From a virus: 64,000 nt of DNA. Of this stretch, positions 60,092-64,000 are shown in pieces. The stretch is from positions 32,001 to 96,000 of IMG/VR virus record IMGVR_UViG_3300013126_000012, one strand, 5' to 3'. The translations under genes were made by a program, and so were the position numbers. The notes under the pieces were generated by a model, which searched no databases, was not told the DNA's origin, and saw nothing but the letters and a program-made list of their open reading frames with translations. Positions within the stretch are counted from its first letter, which is position 1. Each line of letters starts with the position of its first letter.

Positions 60092-61669
60092 TTACAGAAG
60101 CCAGGTTAAATTTTCATTGTCGCGGCCATTGTTCCAGTGCCAACCATCTGCATTTGTTGATGGCTTACCCGTAAAAATAACTGATTCTGTTGTTTTTGTG
60201 AATTGAGAAAGTGTACGTTTGTGTAATTCAATTCCTTGTTGTCGCAGTTTAAGCGAAGTATCTCGTAACCATAATCCGATACAAAATGACATAACGAGGT
60301 CATCATTATAACCATTTTGTGATTGTGCTTTGCCATTTAACCAGATAAACACAAACAATTCTTGTATCAATCTTTTTGAACGAATTACGGGCGTTTGTTC
60401 TCGCATATACATTTCAAGTGCTGATATCATTAATGGACGCGTACGTGAGGTTGTTGATACTCCTGGAACCATTTGTGATTTATCCTTCATATCATAACCT
60501 TTTTTAAGTTGCACATCTACATCAACATATCCATCATCTTTATATGTATAAAATAAATTTTCATAGCTTCGGTCTAATGCGGGTTGAATTGCTGCCCAAC
60601 CAATATTGGCATTTTCTATTGCTAGCAATGCGTTGTTCCATTCCGTTGCAACCGATACGAGCATATTGCCAAAATCTTTAGGAGGCAATTTACCTTTATA
60701 TTCTGCAACCTGTGATACGCTTTCAACATCAATAACATGAAAAGTAGACCAGTCGGCGCCATCTCCTCGTGCAACGTCGGCTACTACTATGTAATTTTTT
60801 TCATAGTTAGGATATTCCCAAATCCAATATGCATTATCAAATCCTCTGCGTTCAATTGGCTCACTGCATTTATTTTCATAATCTAAAAGAATAGAACCAT
60901 CTATTACAGTATGACCGGATGAAATAAAATCACAGTCACATTCTTGTGCTGCACTTCGTTCTCCTAGCAATTGAGTTTGTTCATCGCGCCATTGTTGATC
61001 TCGATCCGGATGTACGGTCCAATGCAATTTAATTGTGTGAAATCCGTTGATGTTTGATTCAGCATCTGCCCAAGTTTGATGAAACCAATTACCTACCCCA
61101 TTAGGTGTAGATAATACAACCGCACCGCCACCTGTTGATAATGTTGCTTGCGATGCTACCCATATTTCTTCAATGTTTCGAATAAATGCAGCCTCATCAA
61201 TAATTAACAACGATAATGCTTCTGAACGTGCGCCTGTGGTTGCAGATGAAACTGCTTTAATTTGCGAGCCATTTTTAAACTTCAACGAAAGTTTGTTGTC
61301 CGCTTCAATAGTTCCCTTCAACCAACTTGGTAAATTATCATGCATTACGCGCACTTTAGTTACCAAGTTTTTTGCTACTTCTTGAGTTGTTGCAATAACA
61401 AGAACATTGAAATCTTCTTTAAACAACATGCTCCATAAAGCAAAGCCGGCAGCTAACGTTGATATACCTAACTGACGAGATTTCAAAATTACATTGTATC
61501 GATTATCTCGCAATTCGGTTAATGTATTTTCCTGAAAATCGTAAAGATTAAACTTAATCTTACCTAATTTTGGATGTTGAATATAACAATATTGTCGCAT
61601 AAAGAAAACAGGATCTTTAGCACACATTGTATACTGTTGTTGAATGATCTGTTTTATGTTTTGTGACAT
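60092..61669 (-). CDS. Terminase large subunit (T4 gp17-like)
   Basis: LKSRQLGIST, LIIDEAAF, STPNG, QECDCDF, ADVARGDG.D, DDLVM. Confidence 0.96.
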   Translation of the reverse strand: MSQNIKQIIQQQYTMCAKDPVFFMRQYCYIQHPKLGKIKFNLYDFQENTLTELRDNRYNVILKSRQLGISTLAAGFALWSMLFKEDFNVLVIATTQEVAKNLVTKVRVMHDNLPSWLKGTIEADNKLSLKFKNGSQIKAVSSATTGARSEALSLLIIDEAAFIRNIEEIWVASQATLSTGGGAVVLSTPNGVGNWFHQTWADAESNINGFHTIKLHWTVHPDRDQQWRDEQTQLLGERSAAQECDCDFISSGHTVIDGSILLDYENKCSEPIERRGFDNAYWIWEYPNYEKNYIVVADVARGDGADWSTFHVIDVESVSQVAEYKGKLPPKDFGNMLVSVATEWNNALLAIENANIGWAAIQPALDRSYENLFYTYKDDGYVDVDVQLKKGYDMKDKSQMVPGVSTTSRTRPLMISALEMYMREQTPVIRSKRLIQELFVFIWLNGKAQSQNGYNDDLVMSFCIGLWLRDTSLKLRQQGIELHKRTLSQFTKTTESVIFTGKPSTNADGWHWNNGRDNENLTWLL

Positions 61670-61670
61670 A

Positions 61671-62051
61671 TTATTTTAATAGTTCATTAATTAGTATTCC
61701 AGAACCTAATGTTGTGAATATGCCTGCAGCAAACCATAATCCTTTTGAATCATACCACTTTGGTTTAAGATATCGTTCTCTGCGTATGTATAGATCTACG
61801 TTTTCTTGTAACAATTTGATTTGTTGATTTTTATATACAAGCTGTATAGAATCTAATTTAATCAGTGCAGATTGTTGCGTCGTTAATGTTTTAAATGTTT
61901 CAATCATTGCATTGTTAATTGAATCTGCTGCATATAATGAATCTAATGTATATGAAATATCAACAATTTCTTGTTGAGTAAAACATGTATCTGGTGTGGT
62001 TTGTGCAACAACAAATACCGGAAACAATAATGCTACTAATAATCGTTTCAT
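61671..62051 (-). CDS. Secreted/membrane coiled-coil protein (spanin-like candidate)
   Basis: Signal peptide, coiled coil, C-terminal hydrophobic segment after KPKWY. Confidence 0.5.
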   Translation of the reverse strand: MKRLLVALLFPVFVVAQTTPDTCFTQQEIVDISYTLDSLYAADSINNAMIETFKTLTTQQSALIKLDSIQLVYKNQQIKLLQENVDLYIRRERYLKPKWYDSKGLWFAAGIFTTLGSGILINELLK

Positions 62052-62052
62052 G

Positions 62053-62388
62053 TTATTTTTTTGTTTTTCGTCCGCGACGGGTTTTGTTTAAAACGTTTTG
62101 TTTTGCTTGATCAACTGGCAATTCTGCGGGTTGAATATTTTCTTTTGCAGTTTGTAACGTTGCAATGTCTTGTTTAGTGTTTTGAATGTCTTGTTTAACT
62201 GCAATGCGTTGATCGTCAATTACTTCAGTTTTACCTTGAAGTACATCTATTTGTTGATTGTTGTCATCAATTTTTTTATCAATTTTTGAAACTTTCTTTT
62301 TGTTAAGTTTATCGTTTGCAAATATAATAGCAACGAGTGCTAAAATTGCTCCTACAATAGCAGCCCAATATTTTTTAATTGTTTTCAT
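62053..62388 (-). CDS. N-terminally anchored coiled-coil protein (i-spanin-like candidate)
   Basis: One TM helix, then coiled coil. Confidence 0.5.
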   Translation of the reverse strand: MKTIKKYWAAIVGAILALVAIIFANDKLNKKKVSKIDKKIDDNNQQIDVLQGKTEVIDDQRIAVKQDIQNTKQDIATLQTAKENIQPAELPVDQAKQNVLNKTRRGRKTKK

Positions 62389-63025
62389 TGTGTTTTTCTT
62401 TTTTGTTTAATTTTTCTAAAAAATTTATTTTGAATTCTTCAAATTGTTTTTGAATAGTATTTTCAAATTCCTCTGGTGTCATTTTTTCTGACCAATGTTC
62501 AACTTGTCCATCTGAATTTGATACAAACTGTTGTACTTGCGTATATGTTTGTTTCAATAATTCGACATCTCGTTCTGCATCTCGCAACCACGCCATGGCA
62601 TTTTCTCGAATTTTATTTTGTTCATATTCTTCAAATTTACCGGCTTTTTTTAATTCATGTTCCATTTCAATTACACAATCAAAACACATTCCATGAATTT
62701 TTCTCATCTTTTGATCTAAATGATGCGTGCCGATGCATGTACATACGTCCTTTCTACAATTTGGAAATGATTGCAATTCATCTCGCACGGTTTGAAATAT
62801 TTCAGAATTTTTTGTTTTTCGAATTCTAAAACCATCACGTTGTTCTATGATATACACATTTCCGTGTAAATCAGTTTCTTCCCACGTATCTCCAATTTCT
62901 CGATGTTCAGATTGTTTTTTCTTAGATTTTGCATCAGAAAATCCAATTGTTTTTTTGGTTTGAAACTTATGAGTACCATCCAACATTTGTTGAACAGCTT
63001 TAACATTTTGTAACTTTTTTGACAT
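62375..63025 (-). CDS. Hypothetical protein with Zn-binding Cys motifs
   Basis: CRKDVCTC, MCFDC. Confidence 0.65.
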   Translation of the reverse strand: MSKKLQNVKAVQQMLDGTHKFQTKKTIGFSDAKSKKKQSEHREIGDTWEETDLHGNVYIIEQRDGFRIRKTKNSEIFQTVRDELQSFPNCRKDVCTCIGTHHLDQKMRKIHGMCFDCVIEMEHELKKAGKFEEYEQNKIRENAMAWLRDAERDVELLKQTYTQVQQFVSNSDGQVEHWSEKMTPEEFENTIQKQFEEFKINFLEKLNKKEKHNENN

Positions 63026-63038
63026 AACTTGTTTTATT

Positions 63039-63911
63039 TTATTTAGAATCTTTTTTAGGATTCCCTTGTTGCAATTTTTTGAGTGCTAACGATTTCAACA
63101 TCATGAAAAAATTCTTAAAGTCTTCTGGTTCAGAATCTTTTAATACATTATTAATTACTTTCGAAATCGTTTTAAGTCTTGCAATATTTCCTGTTTCTTT
63201 TTCTCGCAAATGATCAACAAATTTTTGAATAGCTAATGCTTCTTGTGCGGCTGGATCTAATTTTGTTTCGTCGTCTTTATCGGATGTCGGAGTATCTGCA
63301 GATGAGTCAGCATCGGCTGCTGGAGCTTCTGGTGCAGGTGGTGTTGCTCCCGCAGGAGGTGCAGGCGGTGGTGGTGTTGCTCCCGCATCGGGCGCCGGAG
63401 TATCAGCTGGTTGAGTTCCTGTTAAGTCGGGCGTGCCCGGAGCAGGTGTAGGTGCTTCAGGTGCCGGTGCTTCTTCTGGTGTTTCTTCTGGTGCAGCTGG
63501 TTCTGTTTGCTCTCGCAATATCTTTACAATTTTTCTTCGAACATATTCTCTTATTAAGATTTCTCGTTGTTCTCTAGTTAGATTTTCAATTTTATCTTGC
63601 AATACATCTTCAACATCTTTTTCTTCTGTATCTTGTCGTTTTTTAAGACGCTTTGCAGCTGTTTTTGGATCATAATCGCCGTTTTCTAAATCTTTATAAA
63701 GACGATCATCATCATTATATGTTGGATATAATTTACCATCGTCTTGCATTGTTTTATCTGTTTTACGTAAAACGTTGGTTTGTTTTTCGCCAGTCGATTT
63801 AGGATTTAATCCACCTTTTTTATCATCCAATGTATAATCCTTAAGATCTTTTCTATACGTTGGTTTTTTATTTTCTGGTTTTTTGTACTTGCTTTTATGT
63901 TTTTCAGCCAT
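63039..63911 (-). CDS. Hypothetical protein with Pro/Ala-rich linker
   Basis: Start MAEKHK after ATATTTATA; IVKILREQ; low-complexity middle. Confidence 0.65.
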   Translation of the reverse strand: MAEKHKSKYKKPENKKPTYRKDLKDYTLDDKKGGLNPKSTGEKQTNVLRKTDKTMQDDGKLYPTYNDDDRLYKDLENGDYDPKTAAKRLKKRQDTEEKDVEDVLQDKIENLTREQREILIREYVRRKIVKILREQTEPAAPEETPEEAPAPEAPTPAPGTPDLTGTQPADTPAPDAGATPPPPAPPAGATPPAPEAPAADADSSADTPTSDKDDETKLDPAAQEALAIQKFVDHLREKETGNIARLKTISKVINNVLKDSEPEDFKNFFMMLKSLALKKLQQGNPKKDSK

Positions 63912-63939
63912 GAGTCTTTCCAATTTTAATATAAATATA

Positions 63940-64000
63940 TCATCGTGCGTATTTCAATACTCCTAGTATCTGATTCACCGGAGCAAATGCACCTGTTAAC
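63940..64000 (-). CDS. 3' end of an upstream gene (partial)
   Basis: ...LTGAFAPVNQILGVLKYAR* by hand translation. Confidence 0.5.
   Translation of the reverse strand, partial: LTGAFAPVNQILGVLKYAR

Noticed and set aside
15468-61669. Introns or inteins in PolB, NrdJ, helicase, RecA or terminase
   Set aside because: All are uninterrupted and of ordinary length; the endonucleases are free-standing
1593-63675. Many short plus-strand and nested ORFs in the track (e.g. 15721-16155, 45456-45890, 53203-53565)
   Set aside because: Antisense or out-of-frame shadows of well-supported genes, with no motifs or start signals
1-64000. Stop-codon reassignment, as seen in some large phages
   Set aside because: Core genes are full length and densely packed in the standard code; TAG and TGA both act as normal stops

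Overview
This is a 64-kb segment of a large, AT-rich, T4-like myovirus genome; nearly every gene is on the minus strand and it reads in the standard code. The host is inferred to be Bacteroidota, from a phage bS21 gene inside the head module. In transcription order (right to left) it holds: (1) a packaging/head module (terminase, portal, prohead protease, bS21, scaffold, major capsid, PhoH, neck proteins); (2) a tail module (fibre-like proteins, sheath, tube, tail chaperone with a -1 frameshift, tape measure, baseplate); (3) a replication/nucleotide module (minimal PolA-like enzyme, SSB, RecA/UvsX, 5'-3' nuclease, helicase, class II RNR, PolB, clamp, clamp loaders, dUTPase); (4) a 7-deazaguanine DNA-modification pathway (folE, queD, queE, no queC in the window) plus a five-gene module of unknown protein, cytidylyltransferase, DpdL/QueD-like protein, glycosyltransferase and DpdA/TGT; (5) a glycosyltransferase/epimerase cluster. 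Four free-standing homing-endonuclease-like genes are present. Two promoter classes are readable directly: TTGGAT-N17-TATAAT, often leaderless, and ATATTTATA before structural genes. The best candidates for new biology are the glycosylating deazaguanine module, a family of cassettes combining the late motif, an MI(K/R)LKxLLxE leader and a variable payload, and a possible leaderless-versus-SD translation switch linked to phage bS21. All family assignments are by eye from motifs; no database searches were run.
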